DNA from: a phage
Length of the DNA stretch: 64,000 bases
Sequence record: PX880102.1
Strand: one strand, 5' to 3'
Made by a program: the position numbers and the translations under genes. Every line of letters starts with the position of its first letter. The first letter of the stretch is position 1. The notes below the pieces were generated by a model. The model saw only the letters and a list, made by a program, of their open reading frames with translations. It had not been told where the DNA came from and did not search any database. Below are positions 8,979-18,317 of this stretch, one piece after another.

Positions 8979-10661
8979 TTAAACCATTACAGTAAATCGA
9001 CCAACTTTCTTCATTTGAAGATGCTGACCATATTCTTGTGGGTCATGGTCTTTATGCGAAATTATAAAAACATTAGTATTTTTCATTGAATTTATAATAT
9101 TAGCTACACCTTTAATACCTTCGGAATCAAATGACCCATCAAACACTTCATCAAGAATTAATGTACTAATACTAACACCAGATACGATAGAAGCAATATC
9201 ACGCCAAGTAAATAAAAGAGCAATATCGATTCGTGCTTTTTCACCTTCACTAAATGAAGCATAACTAAAATCTTCACGACCGCGGGATTTAATTGTCTCA
9301 TTAAATTCTTCATCTAATGTAAACACATAATCCGCTTCCATTATTTTAAGATAATGGTTAATCTGCTTATTAAATAATGGAATGTACTTTTTAATAATAG
9401 CACCTTTAATACCAGAATCTTTGAGCATATCAGTCAAAATTCCTCTGTGGTATTTTTCCATTACTAAATTAGTTTTTGTCTTAACAATTTTATCAAGTTC
9501 TTCTTGAAGCAGTGCTATTTCATCAGCATGGTCAATAAACTCAGATGATGCTTTTTCTATAGCTGCTTTAACTTTTTTAGCTTTATCTACCGTCGTGATT
9601 AGAGATTGCTTTTTATTGCGAATATCATTTGCCAACGACTGTTGGGTTTTAATATTATCTCGGTATTCATCAACAAGAACTTTTAAATTATCACGATGTG
9701 TTGAAAGCTGTTCAAACGAATGCGTACATTCAGAAACTTTATCTTTAATTTTAGAAACAACTTTATCACCGGAACTTAATTGTGACAAACAGGTTGGACA
9801 TAATCCACCTTCGTGATACATATTAATGACTTTATTATACGAGTCAATTTTTGATTTAATTAAAAATGCTTCTTGACCGATTTTATTAAATGCATCAGTC
9901 GGGTCTTCATCCAAAACAATATTAACTAATCTTTCATTAGCTTCTTCTATTTCCGATTTTAGCGTTCTAGCTTCTTTTGCCAAATCATCATACATATTCT
10001 GTAGACGAGTAAGGTTATCACCAGTTAATTTTTTCTGGCGTTCAACGTTATCATTATATATTTTAATTTGTTGGATAATACTATCTTTTTTAACATCAAG
10101 CACTTGGTTTTGTGAATTTAATTCACGTATTAGTGCTTTATTAAGCTTATCCATTTCAGCTAATGTTCCTACCTCGAGCAGGTCTTCCACAAGCTTTCTT
10201 CGTGCAGGGGTCGACAAACCCATGAAAGGGGTATACCCTGCTGTACCAAGGACAACAATCTGCTTGAAACTGGCATATGACATTCCGATAAGCTGTTCAA
10301 ATTCTGCTTGGAAATCTTTACTGCTGGCAGATTCATTAAGACGTGTACCGTTAACGGTGATTTCGAAAACGTTTGGTTTTTGTCCTCTTTTGATATAGTA
10401 CTTTTTCTCATCATATTCCATCCACAGTTCAACTAAAAGTTCTTTCTTATTTGTGCTGTTTATTAATTGACCTTTCTTTACATCACGAAATGGCTTGCCA
10501 AAAAGCCCAAATGTGATGGCTTCTAACATAGTAGACTTACCACCGCCATTTCGTCCAGTAATAAGAGTTTTTTGAACCTTATCTAATTGAATGTCAATAG
10601 GATTTCCACCTACTGACATTATATTTTGATACCTAACTCGGTTTAATTTAAAATTCTTCAC
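8979..10661 (-). CDS. 46: Recombination endonuclease subunit gp46 (SbcC/Rad50-like ATPase)
   Basis: 560 aa as T4 gp46; Walker A GRNGGGKST, coiled-coil middle, Zn-hook CPTC. Confidence 0.93.
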   Translation of the reverse strand: MKNFKLNRVRYQNIMSVGGNPIDIQLDKVQKTLITGRNGGGKSTMLEAITFGLFGKPFRDVKKGQLINSTNKKELLVELWMEYDEKKYYIKRGQKPNVFEITVNGTRLNESASSKDFQAEFEQLIGMSYASFKQIVVLGTAGYTPFMGLSTPARRKLVEDLLEVGTLAEMDKLNKALIRELNSQNQVLDVKKDSIIQQIKIYNDNVERQKKLTGDNLTRLQNMYDDLAKEARTLKSEIEEANERLVNIVLDEDPTDAFNKIGQEAFLIKSKIDSYNKVINMYHEGGLCPTCLSQLSSGDKVVSKIKDKVSECTHSFEQLSTHRDNLKVLVDEYRDNIKTQQSLANDIRNKKQSLITTVDKAKKVKAAIEKASSEFIDHADEIALLQEELDKIVKTKTNLVMEKYHRGILTDMLKDSGIKGAIIKKYIPLFNKQINHYLKIMEADYVFTLDEEFNETIKSRGREDFSYASFSEGEKARIDIALLFTWRDIASIVSGVSISTLILDEVFDGSFDSEGIKGVANIINSMKNTNVFIISHKDHDPQEYGQHLQMKKVGRFTVMV

Positions 10662-10921
10662 AAAAGATTCCTTTTAATGTATCTTTTAGACCATTCTATC
10701 ATATCATCATAATCTAAAAAGTATTCATCAAATTCAGCCATGCAAACAACGCCTTGTGCTGTTTTTGATGTAATATAAATTATTCCAACATATCTAGAAT
10801 CTTCTTCGGTGTAATCAATATTTGCTATGAATTCATCGTTAATGTCAAATGTCGAAAACTTCACAGTATGCATCCTTAATACAAGATACAGCCATATCTT
10901 GTAATGATTTAGGTGTATCAT
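10658..10921 (-). CDS. Hypothetical protein (46.1 position)
   Basis: ORF track 87 aa; start uncertain (overlaps neighbour). Confidence 0.4.
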   Translation of the reverse strand: MIHLNHYKIWLYLVLRMHTVKFSTFDINDEFIANIDYTEEDSRYVGIIYITSKTAQGVVCMAEFDEYFLDYDDMIEWSKRYIKRNLL

Positions 10922-11108
10922 TATCTAAAATGTTGAAGTTAAAAGATACAGCCCAGTCAGTGCAGACCGTAACCTTTTTAATACAATTATCTTCAACCTC
11001 TAGCGGTTCAAACCAATATTCAATAATTTCTTTATGCCCAATATCATCTTTTACTTCGCATTCAAAATGCTGACTCATCATAACATTTTTAAATTCATCA
11101 AAAGTCAT
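10845..11108 (-). CDS. Hypothetical protein (46.2 position)
   Basis: ORF track 87 aa; start uncertain. Confidence 0.4.
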   Translation of the reverse strand: MTFDEFKNVMMSQHFECEVKDDIGHKEIIEYWFEPLEVEDNCIKKVTVCTDWAVSFNFNILDNDTPKSLQDMAVSCIKDAYCEVFDI

Positions 11109-12124
11109 TGTGTTGCCTCTACATATAACTGATTTGCATATTGAATAAGTGCTTCACGGTCAGAATCAGTGATGTCTGGAATTGCATTAATGTATTCTTC
11201 CATCAACGTCTGAAGCGATTGAACTTCAACTTCTTCACTGTCATCTGACTCGACAGAGTTATCAATCTTTGACACAACTCGTAATGAATGCACAACTTTT
11301 TCTAGTTCAGATTCGAACTTCGTCAGATTTTTGTCTACTTCAGTTACTATAACACGTACTGATAGATTTGTAAAATCTTTATAGTCAATTTTTCCTTTAA
11401 ATGGATAATGAATTCTACGATGCCAGGTAGTATTATTTGGAATAAATTCCATTCGTTCTGTTTCTGTATCAAACATCCAGAACCCACGAGGGTCATTCTC
11501 GTCACCTGCAGTTAGTGTCCATGGTGTCCCAATATATCTGACGTTTGCAGCCTCAGAAATAGTATGGAAGTGACCAGACCACACTTCTTTATAAGTCTTA
11601 AGGAAATCAGGTTCAAGACCGTGAGATTTCATTCCTTTATAAAAATAAAATCCATTCAGTTCCCAGTGACCAACACAAAAAGAAGCAGATGAAGTTTTGA
11701 TGTGCTCAAGAATTTCACCAGTATTTTCTTCGCACATCCAAGGAATTAAATCAATTAAACATCCGTCAAAATCTACTGTAGTAGGCTTATCATATACTTT
11801 AACATTAGGATATTTAGCCAAAAGCTCAGTAGAGGCATTTGGAGTTAAAGTATTTTTAAAATGCATATCATGGTTTCCTACAACAGTATGTAGGGTAATA
11901 CCAGCATCATCAAGCATTTGAACTATTTCACGAGCAAACTCCATAGTTTTATGCGTAATTGCTTTTCGCACATCAAAAATATCGCCGTATTGAATCCAGG
12001 TAGTAATTCCATTTTTCTTAGAATATTCTATCGCTTGCTTAATTCCATCCAACTGAATGGATTGAACCCATTCATCATCGGCTTTAACGCCTAAATGCCA
12101 ATCACCTAAATTTAAAATTTTCAT
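11105..12124 (-). CDS. 47: Recombination endonuclease subunit gp47 (SbcD/Mre11-like phosphoesterase)
   Basis: 339 aa as T4 gp47; calcineurin-like motifs DWHLG, GNHD. Confidence 0.93.
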   Translation of the reverse strand: MKILNLGDWHLGVKADDEWVQSIQLDGIKQAIEYSKKNGITTWIQYGDIFDVRKAITHKTMEFAREIVQMLDDAGITLHTVVGNHDMHFKNTLTPNASTELLAKYPNVKVYDKPTTVDFDGCLIDLIPWMCEENTGEILEHIKTSSASFCVGHWELNGFYFYKGMKSHGLEPDFLKTYKEVWSGHFHTISEAANVRYIGTPWTLTAGDENDPRGFWMFDTETERMEFIPNNTTWHRRIHYPFKGKIDYKDFTNLSVRVIVTEVDKNLTKFESELEKVVHSLRVVSKIDNSVESDDSEEVEVQSLQTLMEEYINAIPDITDSDREALIQYANQLYVEATQ

Positions 12125-12261
12125 ATATCAAAAACCGTCATTGAAATGCAAAATAAAATTATTGAAATAAATCCATCTGGAGTGCTAAAGAACCCAATCC
12201 AACATGCTCTAGTGAATAGATAAAATGCGAGAAAAAGTATCACATATCCAAGAAATATCAT
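12121..12261 (-). CDS. Small hydrophobic peptide (47.1 position)
   Basis: Hand-translated 46 codon ORF MIFLGYVILFLAFYLF...; ATGA overlap with gene 47 start; below ORF-track size cut-off. Confidence 0.4.
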   Translation of the reverse strand: MIFLGYVILFLAFYLFTRACWIGFFSTPDGFISIILFCISMTVFDI

Positions 12262-12285
12262 TATATCAAACTCCGTATAAAGCTA

Positions 12286-12301
12286 AAGGGCCGAAGCCCT
12301 T
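12286..12301 (-). terminator. C(UUCG)G hairpin at a-gt stop codon
   Basis: AAGGGC-UUCG-GCCCUU on minus strand. Confidence 0.55.
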
Positions 12302-13503
12302 TATTTTGTAATAATGTCAAACTGTTCTTTAAAGCAGAAGCTTGAATCTTGATGCTGATACAAAAATTCATATGCTTTTTCTCGCTCACGGTCATAAAGA
12401 GCTCGGTCAGATGACAGTTCTTTAATACGTTCAAATGTTGATTCCATGTCATTTTCATCAAACCAAATGATACCGCTATCATGCGAGGTCAAAGGAGTAT
12501 TATCAACACGGAATTTTAAATTTTCGCCAGTAGATTTCCAAAATACCGGAATTGTTCCACATGCACCAAGCTCGAGATGAGTATATTCTAAAGAGCGCTG
12601 TAGATATTTTTTATCCAACTTACTCAGCTGATAACCAAAACCGGATTTACTCATACGTTCAAGCATTTCGCTATTTACATAACGGTCAAGAATTTGCGTT
12701 GGCAAATTAGGAGCAATTTTAATTTGGTCTACTTGATGAAGACGATAATACTCGTATGGAATTCCTTTTTCATTAATAGGAATGAACGCTGGAGAACGTT
12801 CCAGACCTTCCATAATAGTACTTAGCCCAACAGGTTTAAGATGTTTTTCGTGAAAATCAAACATCTGATAAAAACCTTTCCATGTAGTCGTACGACCAAT
12901 CCAACGGTTGACATTCATGTTAATTTCAGAAACATCTTTCCAGTAGGTTGATCGAACCTTCGCAATATCCATAGGAGGCTGAAAGTTGTATACAGTCGGT
13001 GCTTCTTCAATATCATCAAACAGAGAAACTGTTTCTGGATACCATTCTTTCATCAGAACTTTATTAAAATCGCCATTATCAGAATGACTAAAAATAACAT
13101 CAGCTCGACGAACAGTTTCTTCTAATCCCAAATTTCGGCGCAAAGAAAGAGAAGAATGGTCATGTTGATAAACTACAACACGAACCGAAGGTTTAATGTT
13201 ATCAATAATTTTTTTATAGTTATTAATAGTGTCTTCTTCAACTGAAGTAGCAGGAACTGAATTGATAATTAGAATATCACAATCATTTACCAGCTTAAGT
13301 GTTTTATCGTATTCTTTTGCCAATAAAACCGGAATTGAAAATGATTTATAATCATGCGCACAGTTACGAGTAAATGATTTATCTTTAGCATAAACCAAAG
13401 TTACTTCATGACCATTTTTAATAAACCAATCACGTTGCTCAAGAGAAAATTTAGTTACACCACAACCTTCAAGACCTCGAGCCATAAAAATACATACTTT
13501 CAT
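12301..13503 (-). CDS. a-gt: DNA alpha-glucosyltransferase
   Basis: 400 aa; sequence closely matches T4 alpha-gt from memory. Confidence 0.88.
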   Translation of the reverse strand: MKVCIFMARGLEGCGVTKFSLEQRDWFIKNGHEVTLVYAKDKSFTRNCAHDYKSFSIPVLLAKEYDKTLKLVNDCDILIINSVPATSVEEDTINNYKKIIDNIKPSVRVVVYQHDHSSLSLRRNLGLEETVRRADVIFSHSDNGDFNKVLMKEWYPETVSLFDDIEEAPTVYNFQPPMDIAKVRSTYWKDVSEINMNVNRWIGRTTTWKGFYQMFDFHEKHLKPVGLSTIMEGLERSPAFIPINEKGIPYEYYRLHQVDQIKIAPNLPTQILDRYVNSEMLERMSKSGFGYQLSKLDKKYLQRSLEYTHLELGACGTIPVFWKSTGENLKFRVDNTPLTSHDSGIIWFDENDMESTFERIKELSSDRALYDREREKAYEFLYQHQDSSFCFKEQFDIITK

Positions 13504-13554
13504 TTAATATCCTCATTGTTTTGGTTTATTTTACCAAAAATTTATAAAGCAATA

Positions 13555-13572
13555 TAGGAGCCGAAGCTCCTA
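13555..13572 (-). terminator. UUCG hairpin upstream of a-gt
   Basis: TAGGAGC-UUCG-GCTCCTA on minus strand. Confidence 0.5.
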
Positions 13573-13746
13573 TCCGCATAATACGCCATACAGAGGCTCA
13601 TTAGAACTTTTAAATTTTATGCGCTTATATTTTATAGTTCCTTCTGCTTTAGCTTTATCATGAGACTCTTTAAAGAGTCTCATCATTTCCTCTTTAGAGG
13701 AACGAATTTTATTATAATCTATTTCAGAAGTCTGGGTGTTCATCTT

Positions 13747-13953
13747 TCATAACTGCCACCATTTTTTAACTTGATAAGAATCAACCCACACTTTCATATT
13801 AGGGTCTGCTCTTACAATAGGAGGATTAACTTCTTTAATTGAACTATCATGGTATTCTTTTTCAGAAATTTTCACACAAAGATGACCATTCAAAGATTCA
13901 GTAAATCCTGCATTAATTTTAAGACGCTTGAATTTTACGTGTGTAAGCATCAA
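13747..13953 (-). CDS. Hypothetical small protein
   Basis: ORF track 68 aa. Confidence 0.3.
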   Translation of the reverse strand: MMLTHVKFKRLKINAGFTESLNGHLCVKISEKEYHDSSIKEVNPPIVRADPNMKVWVDSYQVKKWWQL

Positions 13954-14236
13954 TCATATCCTCAATCTGCGATCTAGTAGTCTTCCAAAGAATACTGATG
14001 AGTTCATCGTTATATGGCTGTTTTAGAATATCCCGACTTTTCTTGATAGCATATTCGTATTGAGCAAAATTATTATTTTCAGCTGCAATCTGAGCGTGCT
14101 TATAAAGACGATTCAGTTCGCGTTTGTTTTTAGACAATAACTTATTTGCTTTTCTTTCTGCTTCAAGACGGTTCTTTTCTTCAATAGAAGAAATAAGCTT
14201 TTCCACTTCATCATTAATTTCGGGTTTATCAGTCAT
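13919..14236 (-). CDS. Hypothetical protein, charged and helical
   Basis: ORF track 105 aa. Confidence 0.45.
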   Translation of the reverse strand: MTDKPEINDEVEKLISSIEEKNRLEAERKANKLLSKNKRELNRLYKHAQIAAENNNFAQYEYAIKKSRDILKQPYNDELISILWKTTRSQIEDMIDAYTRKIQAS

Positions 14237-14237
14237 A

Positions 14238-14456
14238 TTATTTCTCTAATATAAAATAAAAATCATCATCTGTTAAATGATACCGATAGTTTAATTCTAC
14301 ACCATTAGATTTAAAAGCGGTATCATACGGATTTTCTGGATCAATATCAATGTCAAGAGCTAAAACTTCCCTGAGATACATTTTAAGTAAATAGGGAATA
14401 GCTTCAACTTCAGGTATTTCTTCCAAGAATCCGGAGAGGTTAATCGTTAGCCTCAT
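14238..14456 (-). CDS. Hypothetical protein
   Basis: ORF track 72 aa. Confidence 0.45.
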
Positions 14457-14997
14457 ATAAAAAATCCAAACTAGGAGAATCGTCTACAACACTTTTCTTT
14501 TCAGCCCCCGGTGTTCTATAGGTTGATTCTTCGTAATGCGTCATTTTATCGTAGATGTCTTGAATAAAAGTTTCATCTACTAACGCAACCATATCGTCGT
14601 CACGACTGTCATAGACATTGTGAACGAAGTAACTATATTTCTTTGCAACTTCCTTACGTTCTTTTTTAATACGTTGGACGAATGCATTAAAACAAGCTTG
14701 AGTTATATACGCATGTGGGTTTTTATATTTCGTTTCATCAAAATTATGAAGCCCCTTAATAGAAGCTTCTATACCATCTGCAATCATTTCTTGTTTCCAA
14801 GACTGGGTGTATCCTGAAAAGTTGAAACGTTTAGATAAGCCTTCTGCAATAAGCATAATGGCTAATCCGATAGTATCATTTTGACGAACTACTTTATTTG
14901 GGTCTTTATTATTTGCTAATTCTGTTTTCCAATCAATAATAGCTTGTAAAAGCTCTTTATTGTTTACGTAATTATATTTAGGCTTAGTTTCTGACAT
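14440..14997 (-). CDS. 55: Late-transcription sigma factor gp55
   Basis: Matches T4 gp55 (185 aa, [13 protein letters not shown]...) from memory; start placed at third Met of the ORF. Confidence 0.92.
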
Positions 14998-15075
14998 TTT
15001 CACCTCTTAGCTCAATTCATAGATCTATTATATCATAATATTTGAAGATCTATCTTAAAGCATAGAGGATATCAG

Positions 15076-15345
15076 TTATCTAAGTAAGCAGTATGCTTGG
15101 AACACTTTCTCCATCATCTTTTTAAATTCATGAATATCTATATAATGACTAGTTAAATCAGCATGATATAAAAAGTCTAAAAACTTTTCATGTGTGCTAA
15201 CATATTCACTTTCATTTAATTCAGAAACATGACTTTCCCAATATCCAACACCAGTCTTATTTGGGAAAAATGAAATTTTCATGTATTGGTCAACATAGAA
15301 AATGCCATAATTTTCAATAGTAATAGAAATATTAATAAATTTCAT
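15076..15345 (-). CDS. Hypothetical protein
   Basis: ORF track 89 aa. Confidence 0.4.
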   Translation of the reverse strand: MKFINISITIENYGIFYVDQYMKISFFPNKTGVGYWESHVSELNESEYVSTHEKFLDFLYHADLTSHYIDIHEFKKMMEKVFQAYCLLR

Positions 15346-15563
15346 ACATTCATCAACTTAGCCGCTTCAAGAGCTGCATCTAGTGAATCAAATTGATCAA
15401 CATATTCAATCAATTCGCCATAATTGGCATATAACCACCATTGGCTAAATTCATACTCAAGGATGAATCCGTTTCCTTCAATTTGAGTTAAACCAATGCC
15501 ATTTGTATTTACTTCATATCCGGCAAGACGCAAATCGTTAATAAGAGCTTCGTTCATATTCAT
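15342..15563 (-). CDS. Hypothetical protein
   Basis: ORF track 73 aa; 4-nt overlap coupling. Confidence 0.45.
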   Translation of the reverse strand: MNMNEALINDLRLAGYEVNTNGIGLTQIEGNGFILEYEFSQWWLYANYGELIEYVDQFDSLDAALEAAKLMNV

Positions 15564-15886
15564 ACCTTAGCAATTTTCAGGTCTGCAAATTTTTTCTTGC
15601 GTTGATTTTTCATGCGACGAATAGTTTTATCGGAAATTTCATGCTTTTGATAAGCTTTAGATTCTACACCAAAAACTTTAACATCAAATTCTGACAAGAT
15701 ATATTGAACCAACAATTCACGGACAGTATTGCGTCCAATCTTCTGATCATTCTGTTTCATCGTCTGATGAAGCTCTTTTTCCCATTTATCCAAAATTTGA
15801 GGAGTTACAATATCGTCTTTTTCTAGCAAAGAAACTACTTTATCATATGCATAAGAATTGATGGCGTTTTTAATTTGAATAGTCAT
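15560..15886 (-). CDS. Hypothetical protein
   Basis: ORF track 108 aa. Confidence 0.45.
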   Translation of the reverse strand: MTIQIKNAINSYAYDKVVSLLEKDDIVTPQILDKWEKELHQTMKQNDQKIGRNTVRELLVQYILSEFDVKVFGVESKAYQKHEISDKTIRRMKNQRKKKFADLKIAKV

Positions 15887-15921
15887 ACATTATCCTCAAT
15901 TACATTAAAATTTTATTATCC

Positions 15922-15941
15922 AAAAAAGGGCCGAAGCCCTT
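15922..15941 (-). terminator. Intrinsic terminator, C(UUCG)G hairpin plus U-run
   Basis: Hairpin followed by UUUUU on minus strand. Confidence 0.65.
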
Positions 15942-16140
15942 AGCTAAACTTTTTGGCACCCTTCCAGCCTTCGTACATCATTGCGGCTGATATTAATATT
16001 GCTCCTGAGCAACTTGAATATTTGTGATTCCAAAACCAGTTTAGAAAAACTTCGTCATCAATACCTTGGGCTATCATATTTTCAAAGAACTGACGACGAG
16101 CTTCAGCAATTCGTTGCGATAATTTAGATTCAGGATTCAT
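15940..16140 (-). CDS. Hypothetical protein
   Basis: ORF track 66 aa. Confidence 0.4.
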   Translation of the reverse strand: MNPESKLSQRIAEARRQFFENMIAQGIDDEVFLNWFWNHKYSSCSGAILISAAMMYEGWKGAKKFS

Positions 16141-16356
16141 TTAAATTTTCCAGTTACCATTTTCATCAATAAATTTAATCCAGTCATTTACTGACCACTT
16201 AGTCGTATCGCCTTTTGGAGCAACATTTAAAGTGTATAATCCTTGTTTAAAAAGCATGCGTTTGATATTCATATTTTCCTCAGCTATAACGATAACACTC
16301 GTTTGATTTACGCTTAGCAACTCGTTGAGAAGTATTGTAATCAAAATCATCGTCAA
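16141..16356 (-). CDS. Hypothetical protein
   Basis: ORF track 71 aa. Confidence 0.4.
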   Translation of the reverse strand: MTMILITILLNELLSVNQTSVIVIAEENMNIKRMLFKQGLYTLNVAPKGDTTKWSVNDWIKFIDENGNWKI

Positions 16357-16618
16357 TGTAAACTGATTTTTTCAACTTTCTTACTTCACCGCGTAATTGA
16401 CGATTTAACTCATCTTTAACTTCTGAATCAATGCCTTTCATTCTACGCCATTTATCTGAGCGAAAAATGTTTTCAACCATATCTTTATGACTTACACCAT
16501 CAGGAGCTTTACGCTTTCCAAAATAGTCATAATCACGCACTTTTAAGTCTTTACGACGATACGTTTTACCCATGGAGTTTAATTTCCTTAGCAACTGAAC
16601 TAAATACAGCACGATCAC
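16280..16618 (-). CDS. Hypothetical basic protein
   Basis: ORF track 112 aa; overlaps neighbour, start uncertain. Confidence 0.35.
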   Translation of the reverse strand: MIVLYLVQLLRKLNSMGKTYRRKDLKVRDYDYFGKRKAPDGVSHKDMVENIFRSDKWRRMKGIDSEVKDELNRQLRGEVRKLKKSVYIDDDFDYNTSQRVAKRKSNECYRYS

Positions 16619-16748
16619 AAATCATCTGTTTATGTAACTTGAGTATAAGATAATAAACTTCAAAACCGTTTACATAAGTAACACGAACAACATTACCATT
16701 AATGAGATAATACTGTCCCTTTTTAATTTCTTTATCAACCACAACCAT
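16566..16748 (-). CDS. Hypothetical protein
   Basis: ORF track 60 aa; early promoter just upstream. Confidence 0.4.
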   Translation of the reverse strand: MVVVDKEIKKGQYYLINGNVVRVTYVNGFEVYYLILKLHKQMICDRAVFSSVAKEIKLHG

Positions 16749-16777
16749 ATCAATTCCTCAAAGGCAATTCATGTGTT

Positions 16778-16808
16778 AATAATACCACAGTTTGAGCTCG
16801 TTGTAAAC
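16778..16808 (-). promoter_or_regulatory. T4-type early promoter
   Basis: GTTTAC and TGGTATTAT on minus strand. Confidence 0.55.
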
Positions 16809-16880
16809 AACTTTGTGAAAATTATTTTAGGGAATGATAAGAAGGGAACGATAGCTTAGAATGGTAATATACAGAATGTA

Positions 16881-16903
16881 AGAAAGAAAGGCCCAGAGGG
16901 CCC
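16881..16903 (-). terminator. Intrinsic terminator downstream of nrdH
   Basis: GGGCC-UCU-GGCCC-type hairpin followed by U-rich run on minus strand. Confidence 0.55.
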
Positions 16904-16906
16904 GTC

Positions 16907-17230
16907 TTAGTCTTCTATGATATCTCTATCATATCCAAGTGAAATGAGAGTTTCTTTGAATTGTTTAATGTTCTTTTGTCTAGAATCATTAATGAAAATG
17001 ACAGGATACCGAATATTAAGAGATGTGAATCCGGCGCGTTTGGCAAGAGATACAATCAATGGGCGATCGTACTCAATCTTACCATTATTAGTAAGAACTT
17101 TATAGAAAGTAAAAGGAGCATTGAGCTCCTTTAGAAGTTTTGTAACTGATTGACATCCAGGACAACGACCTACTTCATCTGGAATTCCATAGACTTCAAT
17201 CTTATTCTTTAAGTTCGAGTTTTGTTCCAC
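16907..17230 (-). CDS. nrdH: NrdH-like glutaredoxin (CPGC active site)
   Basis: C-terminal 100 residues of the 150 aa ORF have a redoxin fold signature (KIEVYGIP...GRCPGCQ); start uncertain, no ATG near domain start, GTG at 17230 possible. Confidence 0.5.
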   Translation of the reverse strand: MEQNSNLKNKIEVYGIPDEVGRCPGCQSVTKLLKELNAPFTFYKVLTNNGKIEYDRPLIVSLAKRAGFTSLNIRYPVIFINDSRQKNIKQFKETLISLGYDRDIIED

Positions 17231-17513
17231 GAGAAATAATTCCTTGATAAGCCCAGTATGGCGGGTTAACAGAATCCTCACCAGAGTTTTCTTCAGGAAA
17301 ATAAACCTGGATAACGAAGCCGGATTCATCAAAGGTGAAATAAGTAGTAGGCAATTCACCTAACAAATCGGCACGAGCATTAATTTCTTCGAGGTCTTGT
17401 TCACGTCCAGCCCAGAAGCTTGGGTTCAGACTACATTCATAGAAATAATAGTCATTACCGAACATATCAAAACCATTCCAACTCTCTACTACATACCGCT
17501 CAAAACTAATCAT
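17202..17513 (-). CDS. Hypothetical protein
   Basis: ORF track 103 aa. Confidence 0.45.
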   Translation of the reverse strand: MISFERYVVESWNGFDMFGNDYYFYECSLNPSFWAGREQDLEEINARADLLGELPTTYFTFDESGFVIQVYFPEENSGEDSVNPPYWAYQGIISRGTKLELKE

Positions 17514-17515
17514 AA

Positions 17516-17731
17516 TTAAGCCTTTTTATCAAGAACAGCATTCAGCTTGTTAGTAATTTTATCCAGACGCTCATTGAACTCACTAGAAGATAAGCCCTTT
17601 TCTGGAGAAATTAAACTAATAACGAAAAATACAACAATAAAAGGAATAAGGAAAATAGCTCCAACTGCCATAAACAGAAAGAATGTTACAGTTGTAAGAA
17701 AATCAGCTAAACCTTTACGAAATTTATACAT
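17516..17731 (-). CDS. Hypothetical membrane protein
   Basis: ORF track 71 aa with one strongly hydrophobic segment. Confidence 0.45.
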   Translation of the reverse strand: MYKFRKGLADFLTTVTFFLFMAVGAIFLIPFIVVFFVISLISPEKGLSSSEFNERLDKITNKLNAVLDKKA

Positions 17732-17846
17732 ATTTTACCCTTAATTGATTAACCAAGCATTGATAAGCACTAAACTATATTGCGAATAAAATTCTGGACC
17801 AAAATGAAAAATCATATCATTTATAGTATCAATAATGTAATTCAAT

Positions 17847-18317
17847 TTAATCATGTGTCCACACCCCATCGGTATTTGACCAAAGTCGCTGATTATCTGA
17901 TCCTCGCCACAGCTTTTTAGTCGGAAGATTTTTTTCATACTTCCCATCAATAATAACATCAACATATTTAAGCATTTCTAGTTGTTTAATATCTTCAAAC
18001 TTATATCCTGTCCACAACCAAATGCTTTTATTGGGATAAAGATTTTTTACTGTTTGAACCACAGAGTGAATCACGTCTCTGTTATCAGGATAAAGAGGGT
18101 CACCCCCAGTTATAGTTAATCCTTCTATATAATCATTATTCAAACATTCAATTAATTGTTCTAGTGTTTCACCAGTGAATGGAACACCATTTCTGGCATT
18201 CCATGTTGATTTATTATAACACCCTTCACATTTATGCAAACAACCTGTAACGAAAAGAACGACCCTGCAACCAGGGCCATTCACAAAATCGCAAGGATAA
18301 AATCTATCATAATTCAT
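17847..18317 (-). CDS. nrdG: Anaerobic ribonucleotide reductase activase NrdG (radical SAM)
   Basis: 156 aa as in T4; CxxxCxxC cluster motif (CLHKCEGCYN). Confidence 0.92.
   Translation of the reverse strand: MNYDRFYPCDFVNGPGCRVVLFVTGCLHKCEGCYNKSTWNARNGVPFTGETLEQLIECLNNDYIEGLTITGGDPLYPDNRDVIHSVVQTVKNLYPNKSIWLWTGYKFEDIKQLEMLKYVDVIIDGKYEKNLPTKKLWRGSDNQRLWSNTDGVWTHD

Noticed and set aside
10169-10432. 87 aa minus-strand ORF inside gene 46
   Set aside because: Alternative frame within a confidently identified gene, no independent signals
12261-12482. 73 aa ORF overlapping the a-gt C-terminus
   Set aside because: Alternative frame within a-gt; the shorter 46-codon ORF at 12121..12261 coupled to gene 47 is the better candidate for this interval
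17741-17965. 74 aa ORF overlapping the 3' half of nrdG
   Set aside because: Same strand but overlaps nrdG by about 120 nt in another frame; more likely spurious than a nested gene
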